Virus record (IMG/VR): IMGVR_UViG_3300025666_000003
Span: 1 to 64,000 of that record
Length of the DNA: 64,000 bases
DNA from: a virus
Strand: one strand, 5' to 3'
Below, piece after piece: positions 36,401-46,166 of this stretch. Made by a program: the position numbers and the translations under genes. Position 1 is the first letter of the stretch, and the number at the start of each line of letters is the position of its first letter. The notes beneath the pieces were generated by a model. It saw only the letters and a program-made list of their open reading frames with translations, searched no databases and was not told the origin of the DNA.

Positions 36401-39400
36401 AAGTATAGTCTGACTAAAAGAATATGTTTCCATTTGCATAAGAAACTTACGGTTAAATGCATTTATTAATGCTCTTTTAGTTAAAAATTCTTCATATGCA
36501 CGTTCAGGTGTTAAGCCACCTGCTTTGATTCGTTTATATTCTTTATTATCTTTTACTAATTCAATTGGATTTTTTAATTTTGTAATTGCTCTTTCTATAC
36601 TATATTTAAAGAAACTAGATTTTTTATTACGTATTCCTGATTCAGAAACAAAAGGATCATTTTCTTCTGTAAATGATGTCAAGCCTCTATTAGTGTATGC
36701 TTTTTCAGCAGTAGATGATCTAAGGTAATATCCATAATCGTAATCATCTGATAACATTCCTGGATTGATAGTTATAATTTCTTTTTCAGAATTAATTTCT
36801 ACTCCACCAGGTATGTTTTTTGTTGATGTATTAACTTTGTAACCTTTATATAAATCTGGATAATCAATTACTTCTCCTTTACTATTTACAAAGTTAGACA
36901 TGCGATTTTGATAGATGTAATTAACTACACCATTTTTAAATTCACGTATAAATTGACTAACAGCTTCTTGATCACTACCATATCTATCTGCTATTCTTGG
37001 TGACCCTAACTTGTCTAAGATAAACTTTGTTATTACAGAATTGTTTCTTAACTTAAATAATGGTTCAAGTAATTTAAGCACAAGTTCATTTTTATAAAAT
37101 GAGCTTAATATTGATTCATTAACTAATGCCAGTACTGTATCTGAATCTACTTTTGAATTAGTCATTAATTCTTCAAGACCTTGTATTTTTCCAACTAATT
37201 CTTGGGCTGTTTTAGATCTTGTAGTATCAGGATTTGCTAATCTTTTAAGTGAATTCAAACCTTTAATTTGCTTTTCAATTTCTAAGAAATGCATAAACGC
37301 AGCTATCTTTGTTTTTTCACTACCTTCACCTTTTACTATTTTATATAATTCATTTTTATTAAAAGTACCAATTCCAGCTTCTTCCATAGCTACACTTGCA
37401 CCTTGATAATATTTACTTGTAGAAACAGGACTTGATCTAAGCTTATAAATTTTATCTCCTTTTTCAGTAATTATAAGATTAATTATAGTATCCTCATTAT
37501 TTAATAGTTGCTCCATTTCTGCTTTTGTAGCAAATTCTGTATTCTTTTTACCTTTTTGATAATATTCTACAATTGATTTTCCTTCTAATACAGGAATTAA
37601 AGCTTTTAAATTTTCAGTATTTACTTTAGCTTCCATAGCTATTTTTTCTTTAGCAGACATTGATTCTGTTAAAGTTTGATCAGCGGCCATATATTTAATC
37701 AATGGATTAGCTATTACTTCTCCTCTTTGAGTAACAATTTCTTCGTAAGCACTGCTAAGCAATCTTTGTTTTTCTGCATACTTACGTACTAATGGATTGG
37801 ATACAAAGTAAATTGCATCTTTAGCTGGAACTCCAGCTTTAAATAAATAAAATAATACTGGTGCAAGTTCAGGATTAGCTTGAATATAAAATATCCAAGC
37901 ATCCGCTTCAACATCTACTAATCCATTTACTGACTCTGAAAATAGATCAGCTATTTTTTCTATACCATCTACTGAATATATATCAGATAATGAAATTACA
38001 GTTTGGTTTTTACTATTTGTTGTTGAGTTATGGCGAAGTTTTAAACGCATTTTATAATCCACATCTATATCAACATAACCATCTTCACTATATATTTGTG
38101 CTTTATAAGATGCTGGCATTTTTGCATCAATTTGATTTAATAATGGGTGCAATGCATTTTCAATTGCAGCAATACCAAGTACTTCTTTACCAATTAAATT
38201 TGCTGAATGCTTATCTAAATTAAAAGGTACTTCTAATGTTCTTGTTGGACTTATTACAATATCATTATTTTTTCCATCAATTCTTGGACCATCATAAACA
38301 TTTTCAAATTTATCAAATTCACTAACGTATTTTTGAAGATCCATAGCTATGGGTCTTAATGTATTTGTTCCTGTAGGTTTGGTAAGTTGTGCAAAGTTTG
38401 AAGGAAGCTCAACTATACCTTTAATAGCTTGGATTAAGTTATTTTCTAAAGCATTTTTCTGATTACGTATTATAACTGATATACCTTTTCCTTTATCTTC
38501 TTTTATTTTACTTATTTCTTTTTTTAATTCTTCATTAGTTACATTAGATGTAATAAACTTTCCACTTGCATCAATGCTTGGCATGAATGTAGTCATCTTA
38601 TCTACATCAAAATCAGATCCATTTTTAACTACGATCTCTGAAGGAAGTATAATTATATTACTTGCTGCTGGATCTAGGAATTCGTAGACTTCCATTGACT
38701 CAATAAATCCTAATGTTTGAGTAGGAATACGTACACCAGCTAATGTTACAGCTTTTCTATTTGAACCATCATCTTGATCTAACCAATTATCATCTTTGAT
38801 CATCTCATTAAGACGCTCCCTTGTTTCTATAACCTCACCATTTATATCTTTAAGATTTAATAAGTTTAGAAAGTCTCCTTGAAGTGCAATTGCAACCTTC
38901 ATTAGTTTAGTCTTACCATTTACTTGATGATAAAACGGAAGATTGTTACTTCCCAGGAATTTTTTAATATCAGCTTTTGAAGCTTTATCAAATTTCTGTC
39001 TTAAAACCCTATCCCATGTACCATTTGTAGTAGCACTAGACACCTGTACAAGTCCTTCACCTTTTACTTTTTGTTTGATTAATCTTTTTTCAATTAAAGA
39101 TATAATAGTTTTTTCAATTGTGTCGGCTTCAAGATGTAAAGACAAATCTATGTTAATCTTATTCTCTTGATTTACACCTATCATCTTTATTAGATGTTTA
39201 GGTACTGCTTTTCTGCCTAATTCTTTATGAATAACATTTACAAATCTATTTAAATCTCCAGTGTATGCTCCATACTTATATTCAAATCCAATATCATTAA
39301 GAAGTTCTATTGTTAAAATTTCTGTGTATTCATCTACAGCATCATCATAAGCTTTGACTTTTTGCTTATCTATACCTACTGGTACTTCACCATTATTATA

Positions 39401-42400
39401 TAAACTTTCAATAATAACTTTACGTAACTGAGTTGCAAAAATTGTTTTCTTTTTAAATTTATTTGGTACTTTAGTTACATCTTTAAGATATTCACCATAT
39501 ATTTTGTTTATTGTAAACTCTATATTATTTACAATATCTTTTTGTTCTTCGTTATCATATATTTTATCAGGAGAACCATCTTTTGTTATTCCAGATACTT
39601 TTGAACCAGACTCAAATACAACATATTGAATATCTTTTTCCATCATTTGCTTATGAAGATTATCCATATCTGATCCTTCACCAACCATAGTAGGAATAAG
39701 AGGCATTAATGAGAATTTATGCATTCCTGTTAAAGGTAGTAGTGCATCTGCTATAGGTCCGTAATACTGAAGTTTGTATACAGGAAAAAATTCTTTTATG
39801 TCTGAAGGATTAATTTCTCTGTTATGTATTATATCTTGAAATAAGTCTTCTTGTTCCGGACTCCATTGTTTAGATAACTTTTTTAACATTCTGTATGTAT
39901 CAAAAGTAATTAAACCTTGACCATCACCTTCTTCCATATTTTTATACTCATCTATATCTCTAGCTACTCTTGATTCAACTAAAGCTTTTACTAATTGAGG
40001 TTTAGTTGGATTTGAACCTAACTTAGATAATTCAATTTCATTTAATGCATCTTTAAGATCTTCTTTAGCAACTTTCTTAAATCTTATTGCATAGTCTTTT
40101 CTCCAAGCATTTGCTATTTCATCAATGTATATACTAGTTCTTTTAACATCTTCAAGTACAGCTGTATTTATTGTTCCATTGTATTTGATATTTTTGTATC
40201 TTGCATCAAGTGTAGTAGCATAACTACCTTTATTCCATACATTTTGTATAAAGTTTTGTGCTGAAATATCTGTTCTCACACCTAATCCTCCAGAAGTAAG
40301 ACCTGTATTTCTTTTATGTAGATGATCTTTAGCGTGATTATACTGAGCCATATCTCCATACAATAAACCTATTGTTTCAAAGTTATGTATGAATGAATTA
40401 TATACATAAGTTCTTACTAAAGCATCATCAATCTCAGCTTCTGTTAATTTATGTACAGCAAGTTTATTTCTAAGTTTTGGATCAATAAATCTATTTTTTC
40501 TAAGTATTGCTATAGAGTTTGTAGTTTGATTATCAAAATAATTTTTAGTGCTCTCTGCCATTTTAGCTTTAAGACTAGGGTTATTATTCAATGCTTCAAT
40601 AAGATCCGTTCCTTCTAGGTTGTAAATTTGATTTTTTATATTATTGTTTAATACATCATCAAAAGCTGTAAATAATTCACCAGCATAATATTCTTTACCA
40701 TCCCATTTCATTCTTCTATTATAGCCTTTATACTTTTTAAATTCTTCTGGATTTGCACGAAATCTTTTGAGTCTTTCAAACTCAGCAGCCATATAAGGTA
40801 ATATTATTTCTTCAAAAGCATAAGTTTCACCTGATCCATTCTTTAATAAAGATTCAAGATCTACATAAAGTTTACTTTGTTCTTGACTAATGGGTCCGTC
40901 AATACCACCTCTTATAACTATACCAAAAGAAGAAGATTTAGAGGCATGTCTAATAAATTCTTGAATACCTTCTTTAAGCATCAAATTCATTTCTTGTAAA
41001 AACTTACCATAGTAATCTAGACCTGTAGTAACAACTCCTTCTTGAATCTCTGCATTTTGTGTACCTGAATCAATAAATAATTCTAAACTTTTATCTTTTA
41101 ATTTATTAAATTGACCACCATCGTAAAAATTAAATAAGTTTTTAAGTATTTGAGATCTTTTTGTAAATGAATTAGTTGCCGGATTAAGATCTGACATGTG
41201 TTTAAATTCATCTTTAGTCCACAAGTCAGTAAGTTTTTTTGCTTTATTTAAAGCATACACTCTTCTACTTGCAGTTTGATCATCAATATGTTCGTATACA
41301 ACATTACCTTCTGGATTCAGTACACTAAAGTTTGCATATTGTGATCCATATTTACCATGTAAAATAGCTATACGTTCTATTTGTGTTCTTTCAGTTATTT
41401 CTTTACCAAAAAGTTCAGTTGATAAACCAGTTGATTTACTTAATTCAGCTACAGGATCTTTTTTAAAGATTTCAATTTGAGTTAACTTAAATTCTTCCTG
41501 CTTTGTAAGTTTATTATTTTCTGCTTTAGTTTGAAGTTGAAGTTCTAATGCAGAAAGATCTTTAATAATACTATATATGTATGGTAGACCGTAGTATTCA
41601 CTACGCATTTCTAACTCATTTTTAATTATTTTTAAGTCATCAAGATTCATTCCCAAGGCTCTTGCAAAAGCTAAACTTTTACTAACGTCAAAGGTTCCTT
41701 TTACAGTGCTTGCATCTTTAAATACATCAGTAACTTTTTGAAGATTTAATTTAGATTTATTATTATCTCTTGTGATAAATCTATTTTCTTCTATTGTTTG
41801 AGTTTTAAAGTTATCACTAAAGCTTCTTCTAAGAAGTCCTGTTTCATAACTTGCTTTAATAGGTTTTAATACATAACCATCTTCAGTATTAAATGCAGTA
41901 AGTTGCATATAAGAGGTTCTCTTTCTTTTGAAAGTTTGCCAAAATGCTGTAGTAATATCAAATTCTGTTTCATGATCAGCAGAATTTGGATTTGGAAGCT
42001 TATATTTAATTAACTGTTCTAATTCCGGAAAAGATTGCCAAAGTAATTTATTATTTAATATTTCATAAGCTTCAACAGGATCTTCAATTCCACCTATAGC
42101 TCTAACAACATTATCCCACATGCTACCATAGTTGACTAATTTTTTAAAACCTAATCTATTATAAACAAAATTTTTATTTTCTTTCTTATGAAGACTACCC
42201 AATACATAAGATACTTCATCTTCTGTACTTTCTTCTAATGATTTTTGACCAACACTTTTATCAGCTATTTGATCTGAATTATTTATTGATTCAGCATCTC
42301 CAACATAACTATCTTCATCTTCCTTTAATTCTTCATTAATTATAGTTTGTCTTTCATTGATAATTCTATAACTACTATTTTCAACAAGGTATGCTAATGA

Positions 42401-45400
42401 ACCATGCTTTTCATTACCAAAGTTTGTAATTACAGTTTGTAGTATTCTTATATCATCTTGTAACTTTGCTTGCTCAGCTGTAAGTATTTTAGTAGTTACA
42501 GGTTTCTTATTATATTCAAGAGCTTTGTATTTTGCTCCACCTTCAATATAGCTTGTATATTGTACAGTAGCATCTTGCATTGAATCAACTACTATTATTC
42601 CTACACGTTTCCCTTTACTGTTGGTTATAGATTCGTGACTATAGAAGTCTCCAATAATACTAATTCCATGATACATTTCACCTTTTAACCTGTCTCCTTT
42701 TTTTGAGCTTAAGTTAAGTTTGTTAAATTCATCAATTTGTGATCTAAGAAATACATACTTGTCATCTCCTGATTTTTCACTAGCAATCATAACAGCTGCT
42801 GCATTAGCTTTAAGTTCTGATAAAGTATTGATTGAATTAAAAGAAACATCTGTTATTTGCCCAAGCTCTTTTTTACGGTTTTCAAGTTGTTTTTCAAATC
42901 TTCCTTTAAGTATTTTAAATGCAATCTCTCTATTACTTATATTCTGCTCCGTTCCAAGAAACATTCTTTTCTTTTTCTTATTACTAAGAATCTCAATACT
43001 ACCTGCTTTACTACCTGGAGCATCTCCATTTTTAATTGCTAATTGATCAACCATTTCAGAAAGAGTTGAGTCAGCACTTTCAACAAATAAATCTGATTCT
43101 TCTTTATTTAAAGCATCTTCTTTTTTATTTTTTACTTGAGATATACCTCTGTCCATTTCATTAAACATGACATTGTCAATCAATGGAGTATACTTATTTA
43201 GTAGTTTTGGATTTTTACTAGAAAAATAAAGTGTATCAAACATCTCTTTAACTGATGAAATATCATAAAGATCTGTAATTACATCTTGTTTAGTTGTATT
43301 TTCAAATACACTTTTAATCCAATTTAGTATTCTTCTAAAGAGTGAATTTCTTTTTGGCCTACCTTTTTTAGCTTTTGGATTTTTAGAAAAAGTTCTGAAA
43401 TCTTCTGCAAGTTCTTCTTCAATATCATAGAAAGACATATCTTTCCATTTACCACCTTTACTTCTTATCTCTTTATATAGTGCAGTCTTTTCTGCTTTTG
43501 TCAAGAACAATTGTGAAAATGCATGCCAAGCTTCATGATACACATCTACCATGTTACCACCCGTATGCTCATTAATTCCTATCTTACCTAACTTACCACC
43601 TTCAAATAATGTAGACCCCGCACTAATAAACTCTGCATAAACATCAGAATTTACAATATTGGCCATTTGACCTAAAGAGATGAAATTTTGTAGTGGAGAT
43701 GTTTTCCACCAATCATCAGCACGTTTAATATCTTCAGATGTTATACCTAACTGATTAAGAATGGTTTTTCTTTTAAGTCCACTTTTTGTATCAAAACCAT
43801 CAAAAAGATCTCCTTCTGATGGATTAATAGTTCCTTCAGGATTAAGTTTTTCAGCGTCTGTAGTTTTAATCTTTTTTGCTTCAAGATCTTTCTTTTGTTC
43901 TTGATATAATTTTGTTCTTGGCTTTTCATTTAATGTGTAATCAGTTTCTTTAATAAAAGCTATTGCCACACCTTCACTATTATATACAGTAATTGTATCA
44001 GTAATATATTCAGTATCTGTTTCAATATCTTCGCTAACTAAAGTTACAGAATCATTAAGTTTTGGCATTACTTTTTTAACAGTTCCTTCATTTTTTTTAA
44101 ATTTTTTAATAATTGATGCAGATACAGGTTGACCTTCAGCATTAAGAATTGTAAATGAACCATATCCTTCACCTTCTGTATTGGTACCTGTGTTTCCAAT
44201 GTAGTTAACTTTAAAATCTTTTGTGTTATTTTCTTCTAGTTTAAGTTCGTTAACTAAATTATCTTTAAGTTCTCTTGTGTATGATCTAAAATTTTCAGAT
44301 TCAATTTCATTTTTTGCTTCATCAATTTCTTCAGTAATCCCTCCTGGTAATGCAAATTGCATGTAAGCATTAAATACTTCTTGAGTTTGGGATGTAGTAA
44401 AAATTTCAGCATGTGCTTTACGTAGTACATCATTAATATAGTCAGCTCTTACAAGTTTTCCATTTTGAAAATCAAAGTAACCTCCGTTAACTAAATCAGC
44501 TCTATAACGCATTCTTGTTGCACTAACTTGACCAACATTTTCAGCATTTGGATTTGTTACAGTTGTTGCAAACATTAAAGCATCTTTAATTTCTTTAAAA
44601 GCTGTTGCTGATGTTAAGTCAACAGGTTTAACATTTTTATCAATTGCACCACTTTTTTCTGCAACTATTTTAATTGAAAACTCATCAGTAGCTGGAATAT
44701 AAGACAATCTGTATCTTCTTATACTTCTTGCCATATTATTATGAATAAATTGCTCAGCAAAATTCATTTTTTCTTTTCCTGTAAGTTGTGAACTAGTTAA
44801 TGCACTTGCTATTTTTCCAGCAATTTCATCAGTCATACGTGGTCTATCAATAGTAAATTTCTTGTTGTCTATTGTAATAGTATGATATCCTTCAGGTCTT
44901 CCTTTTGATTCTACTGTTACTGATGTTAATGAACTATAAATATTTAACAACTCAGTTTCTGATAATCCAGATTCTGATAATGTATCTAAATACATAAACT
45001 TACCTGCTGCAAAACTTTGGATACCTTCATTAATTCCTGTTATTGGAACTAACTTAGCTTCTTTAGTTTTTATAAATTGCTGAGTAAAATTATAAAGATC
45101 TTTTAATTCTTTTTGTTGTTCCTTATCAATTGCATCAATAATATTTTGTTCAGTTTGTTCAGTTTCTTTAGCATACTCTGTTAAAGTCATATCAAATGAA
45201 GCTGCTAACTTATTTGCAATCTCTGCTGGAGTAGTCACTTGTGATTCTTGATTATAAAGACCTTTTGCATTATATCTAGCTCCTTCTTTTCTTACTGTTC
45301 TTGTAAACTGATATACATAACTACCATCTTCAGTAATTTTTCCATCAGTATTAAACTTAACTGGATTACCATTTGCATCAACAATAATCATAGCAACTCT

Positions 45401-46165
45401 TTCATTTAAAGGAGTTACATTTTTATTTTGTTTACCTTTACCCTCAAGAATATAACCTCTTTCAACAGTTCTTTTAGTATGTGCATCTAAATGTTCTGCT
45501 GGAATATCTTTAACAAGTATAGGTTTAAGTTTAAGCACTTGATCTTCATATATAACATCATTTAATCCAGGAACACTTTTAGGATCAACTTGATTACTAA
45601 TATTTCTTATTGTATTAAATATTCTTCTTCTAGTTTCACTTAAAAGTTCTTGTGTGAAGTCTGTTTTATCTTCAGGATTTAATGGATTATATTCTTGCAT
45701 TGTTGTTGCAAGAGGACTAAATGGTCTAAGTCTTAATTCAACAAATTCATTAAGTTTTTCTTCATCAATTACTTCTTTTGGTGTAAGAATTTCTTCTTTT
45801 TTTTCATTAACCAATTTCTCGAATTCTTCTGGAGATAAATCTGGTCTGAATGTTCTCAATGTATTAACAAATCCGTCATCTGGATTTCTAAAAGTTTGAT
45901 TTAATTTTCTTAAATCAGAACCTTCAAGAACAGCATCTTGAGTATCTTGCTGCATAGAAGCTATTGTTAAAAGAGCAGGTAATTGTTGTACAAATTTTGC
46001 AGCATTAGCTTCATTTGTTTTATTTGCTATCTTATCAAACATTATGTTCATATAATTATCAACATTAAAAGGAATATTTTCCTTCATGCCAATCTTTATA
46101 CTTTTATAAGCGTGTTTGTATAATTTTTCTACCTGGTCTACTGTTAATGCACAAGTTATTTTCAT
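33425..46165 (-). CDS. crAss-like virion RNA polymerase polyprotein (zincin, RNAP core, C-terminal ASCH-like/AlkB-like/unknown/NADAR modules)
   Basis: GSDFDVDK catalytic motif (38600-38614) preceded by RIPTQ; DGQG, HKFS and TQLRK motifs; HEAWH (43523-43537). Confidence 0.88.
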   Translation of the reverse strand: MKITCALTVDQVEKLYKHAYKSIKIGMKENIPFNVDNYMNIMFDKIANKTNEANAAKFVQQLPALLTIASMQQDTQDAVLEGSDLRKLNQTFRNPDDGFVNTLRTFRPDLSPEEFEKLVNEKKEEILTPKEVIDEEKLNEFVELRLRPFSPLATTMQEYNPLNPEDKTDFTQELLSETRRRIFNTIRNISNQVDPKSVPGLNDVIYEDQVLKLKPILVKDIPAEHLDAHTKRTVERGYILEGKGKQNKNVTPLNERVAMIIVDANGNPVKFNTDGKITEDGSYVYQFTRTVRKEGARYNAKGLYNQESQVTTPAEIANKLAASFDMTLTEYAKETEQTEQNIIDAIDKEQQKELKDLYNFTQQFIKTKEAKLVPITGINEGIQSFAAGKFMYLDTLSESGLSETELLNIYSSLTSVTVESKGRPEGYHTITIDNKKFTIDRPRMTDEIAGKIASALTSSQLTGKEKMNFAEQFIHNNMARSIRRYRLSYIPATDEFSIKIVAEKSGAIDKNVKPVDLTSATAFKEIKDALMFATTVTNPNAENVGQVSATRMRYRADLVNGGYFDFQNGKLVRADYINDVLRKAHAEIFTTSQTQEVFNAYMQFALPGGITEEIDEAKNEIESENFRSYTRELKDNLVNELKLEENNTKDFKVNYIGNTGTNTEGEGYGSFTILNAEGQPVSASIIKKFKKNEGTVKKVMPKLNDSVTLVSEDIETDTEYITDTITVYNSEGVAIAFIKETDYTLNEKPRTKLYQEQKKDLEAKKIKTTDAEKLNPEGTINPSEGDLFDGFDTKSGLKRKTILNQLGITSEDIKRADDWWKTSPLQNFISLGQMANIVNSDVYAEFISAGSTLFEGGKLGKIGINEHTGGNMVDVYHEAWHAFSQLFLTKAEKTALYKEIRSKGGKWKDMSFYDIEEELAEDFRTFSKNPKAKKGRPKRNSLFRRILNWIKSVFENTTKQDVITDLYDISSVKEMFDTLYFSSKNPKLLNKYTPLIDNVMFNEMDRGISQVKNKKEDALNKEESDLFVESADSTLSEMVDQLAIKNGDAPGSKAGSIEILSNKKKKRMFLGTEQNISNREIAFKILKGRFEKQLENRKKELGQITDVSFNSINTLSELKANAAAVMIASEKSGDDKYVFLRSQIDEFNKLNLSSKKGDRLKGEMYHGISIIGDFYSHESITNSKGKRVGIIVVDSMQDATVQYTSYIEGGAKYKALEYNKKPVTTKILTAEQAKLQDDIRILQTVITNFGNEKHGSLAYLVENSSYRIINERQTIINEELKEDEDSYVGDAESINNSDQIADKSVGQKSLEESTEDEVSYVLGSLHKKENKNFVYNRLGFKKLVNYGSMWDNVVRAIGGIEDPVEAYEILNNKLLWQSFPELEQLIKYKLPNPNSADHETEFDITTAFWQTFKRKRTSYMQLTAFNTEDGYVLKPIKASYETGLLRRSFSDNFKTQTIEENRFITRDNNKSKLNLQKVTDVFKDASTVKGTFDVSKSLAFARALGMNLDDLKIIKNELEMRSEYYGLPYIYSIIKDLSALELQLQTKAENNKLTKQEEFKLTQIEIFKKDPVAELSKSTGLSTELFGKEITERTQIERIAILHGKYGSQYANFSVLNPEGNVVYEHIDDQTASRRVYALNKAKKLTDLWTKDEFKHMSDLNPATNSFTKRSQILKNLFNFYDGGQFNKLKDKSLELFIDSGTQNAEIQEGVVTTGLDYYGKFLQEMNLMLKEGIQEFIRHASKSSSFGIVIRGGIDGPISQEQSKLYVDLESLLKNGSGETYAFEEIILPYMAAEFERLKRFRANPEEFKKYKGYNRRMKWDGKEYYAGELFTAFDDVLNNNIKNQIYNLEGTDLIEALNNNPSLKAKMAESTKNYFDNQTTNSIAILRKNRFIDPKLRNKLAVHKLTEAEIDDALVRTYVYNSFIHNFETIGLLYGDMAQYNHAKDHLHKRNTGLTSGGLGVRTDISAQNFIQNVWNKGSYATTLDARYKNIKYNGTINTAVLEDVKRTSIYIDEIANAWRKDYAIRFKKVAKEDLKDALNEIELSKLGSNPTKPQLVKALVESRVARDIDEYKNMEEGDGQGLITFDTYRMLKKLSKQWSPEQEDLFQDIIHNREINPSDIKEFFPVYKLQYYGPIADALLPLTGMHKFSLMPLIPTMVGEGSDMDNLHKQMMEKDIQYVVFESGSKVSGITKDGSPDKIYDNEEQKDIVNNIEFTINKIYGEYLKDVTKVPNKFKKKTIFATQLRKVIIESLYNNGEVPVGIDKQKVKAYDDAVDEYTEILTIELLNDIGFEYKYGAYTGDLNRFVNVIHKELGRKAVPKHLIKMIGVNQENKINIDLSLHLEADTIEKTIISLIEKRLIKQKVKGEGLVQVSSATTNGTWDRVLRQKFDKASKADIKKFLGSNNLPFYHQVNGKTKLMKVAIALQGDFLNLLNLKDINGEVIETRERLNEMIKDDNWLDQDDGSNRKAVTLAGVRIPTQTLGFIESMEVYEFLDPAASNIIILPSEIVVKNGSDFDVDKMTTFMPSIDASGKFITSNVTNEELKKEISKIKEDKGKGISVIIRNQKNALENNLIQAIKGIVELPSNFAQLTKPTGTNTLRPIAMDLQKYVSEFDKFENVYDGPRIDGKNNDIVISPTRTLEVPFNLDKHSANLIGKEVLGIAAIENALHPLLNQIDAKMPASYKAQIYSEDGYVDIDVDYKMRLKLRHNSTTNSKNQTVISLSDIYSVDGIEKIADLFSESVNGLVDVEADAWIFYIQANPELAPVLFYLFKAGVPAKDAIYFVSNPLVRKYAEKQRLLSSAYEEIVTQRGEVIANPLIKYMAADQTLTESMSAKEKIAMEAKVNTENLKALIPVLEGKSIVEYYQKGKKNTEFATKAEMEQLLNNEDTIINLIITEKGDKIYKLRSSPVSTSKYYQGASVAMEEAGIGTFNKNELYKIVKGEGSEKTKIAAFMHFLEIEKQIKGLNSLKRLANPDTTRSKTAQELVGKIQGLEELMTNSKVDSDTVLALVNESILSSFYKNELVLKLLEPLFKLRNNSVITKFILDKLGSPRIADRYGSDQEAVSQFIREFKNGVVNYIYQNRMSNFVNSKGEVIDYPDLYKGYKVNTSTKNIPGGVEINSEKEIITINPGMLSDDYDYGYYLRSSTAEKAYTNRGLTSFTEENDPFVSESGIRNKKSSFFKYSIERAITKLKNPIELVKDNKEYKRIKAGGLTPERAYEEFLTKRALINAFNRKFLMQMETYSFSQTILDVIKDFPSLKVKYPVLQQLTPADTIGDDKVLTLADKNRVEGDLASSYYHNLKELADVNIKKVSTGNAKADKKDNAYISKLFKMFPLVMLYQHGIGYSKNGFNAALPFQDFTDIMQDASNSFMQNQLNDNTLEIIYGRLLSKDKYKDYVVSEEEYNGYNKADKEGTMSFQYGDNKRDDVVSDNTFEAILQGERTATTRYYTNDAYAYWAKAKPGQIIKFWSGDKIGEGQMLLVKVTDKRLIDFSKMSDEEIEDWSKLEGWSFEYGAKHRNPGFSESNKGIQILYELIDSAAVNRYEGSEDPEDKVLESESIFTTPIEPTQLVRGSKIINDTDVQSFNEYVRKSNGSLPKAFFTSSTIFKAFYNTNTGKNERAPQSSKWMLIPKSKLYSLVDQATGEVYIDNVDLSTGIQFNNKNEKILQGNQVIEDLDIATLLTNGLVNTKGLTKVDVEDAEVFTKQVFNKEESEQIFNFIEKLYKNTYETEHKASDKFGKGRRSMYFSDTAYSYSGTTRSANIGSPELQRLISKIETELGFEKGYFDMALINEYKDGSQKIGFHTDNEPILNNKGKLNPSVVTISFGDERTMILNGRGKRYEIPMKSGLGLIMGKDGQINYKHGIDAEGNKSKRFSITLRHNAEKSQAVNKTFAQPASELSKKNLFTVTPIQSADKKAIIKASIATQYIGFGEGITGSSTETYRQQAGEFANTGNYSTNDVIFVSIGGKRGTALQQKTQQDRTIKEAIKAVEAGATILTDNKAYTDSSTYNTGEKRLYANMEAKGYNYSEVTVDGQLLGTWSKPTSETVNIYAGTNENAELSNFANRPFVPTSSVPVALGIIENFKTVEGAFQAEKLLYTDYFSSLQIPPKGKTREDIVNERNEFLRKLSTATGAEAKRIGKTIPSLNITNWDDNSSRIMKDLLKSSFEQNPNALQILLATGNKVLTHTQDKSRWGTEFPKLLMEVREELRPIDPGTQLNLFGENKPAGRPPTKRSGSECD
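33515..34010 (-). other. NADAR domain within the RNAP polyprotein
   Basis: LSNFA..PF, F.TVE.AFQAEK, EAKRIGK, WD....IMKDLL..SFEQNP....LLATG...L.H, WG...LMEVREEL. Confidence 0.85.
34010..34467. repeat. 14-nt direct repeat CTCACTAG(T/C)TGGTT at 34010-34023 and 34454-34467, bounding one domain
   Basis: 13/14 identity; encodes the P(T/A)SE linkers. Confidence 0.6.
34505..35065 (-). other. AlkB-like 2OG-Fe(II) dioxygenase domain within the RNAP polyprotein
   Basis: YSYSG, LINEYKDG..KIGFHTDNE (HxD), SVVTISFG, YKHGI (distal His), RFSITLR (RxxxxxR). Confidence 0.85.
35545..35910 (-). other. ASCH-like domain within the RNAP polyprotein
   Basis: FEAILQGERTATTR...KPGQII.F...VKVT...EGWS matches the ASCH GxKxxxxR-type signature. 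Confidence 0.7.
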
Positions 46166-46166
46166 A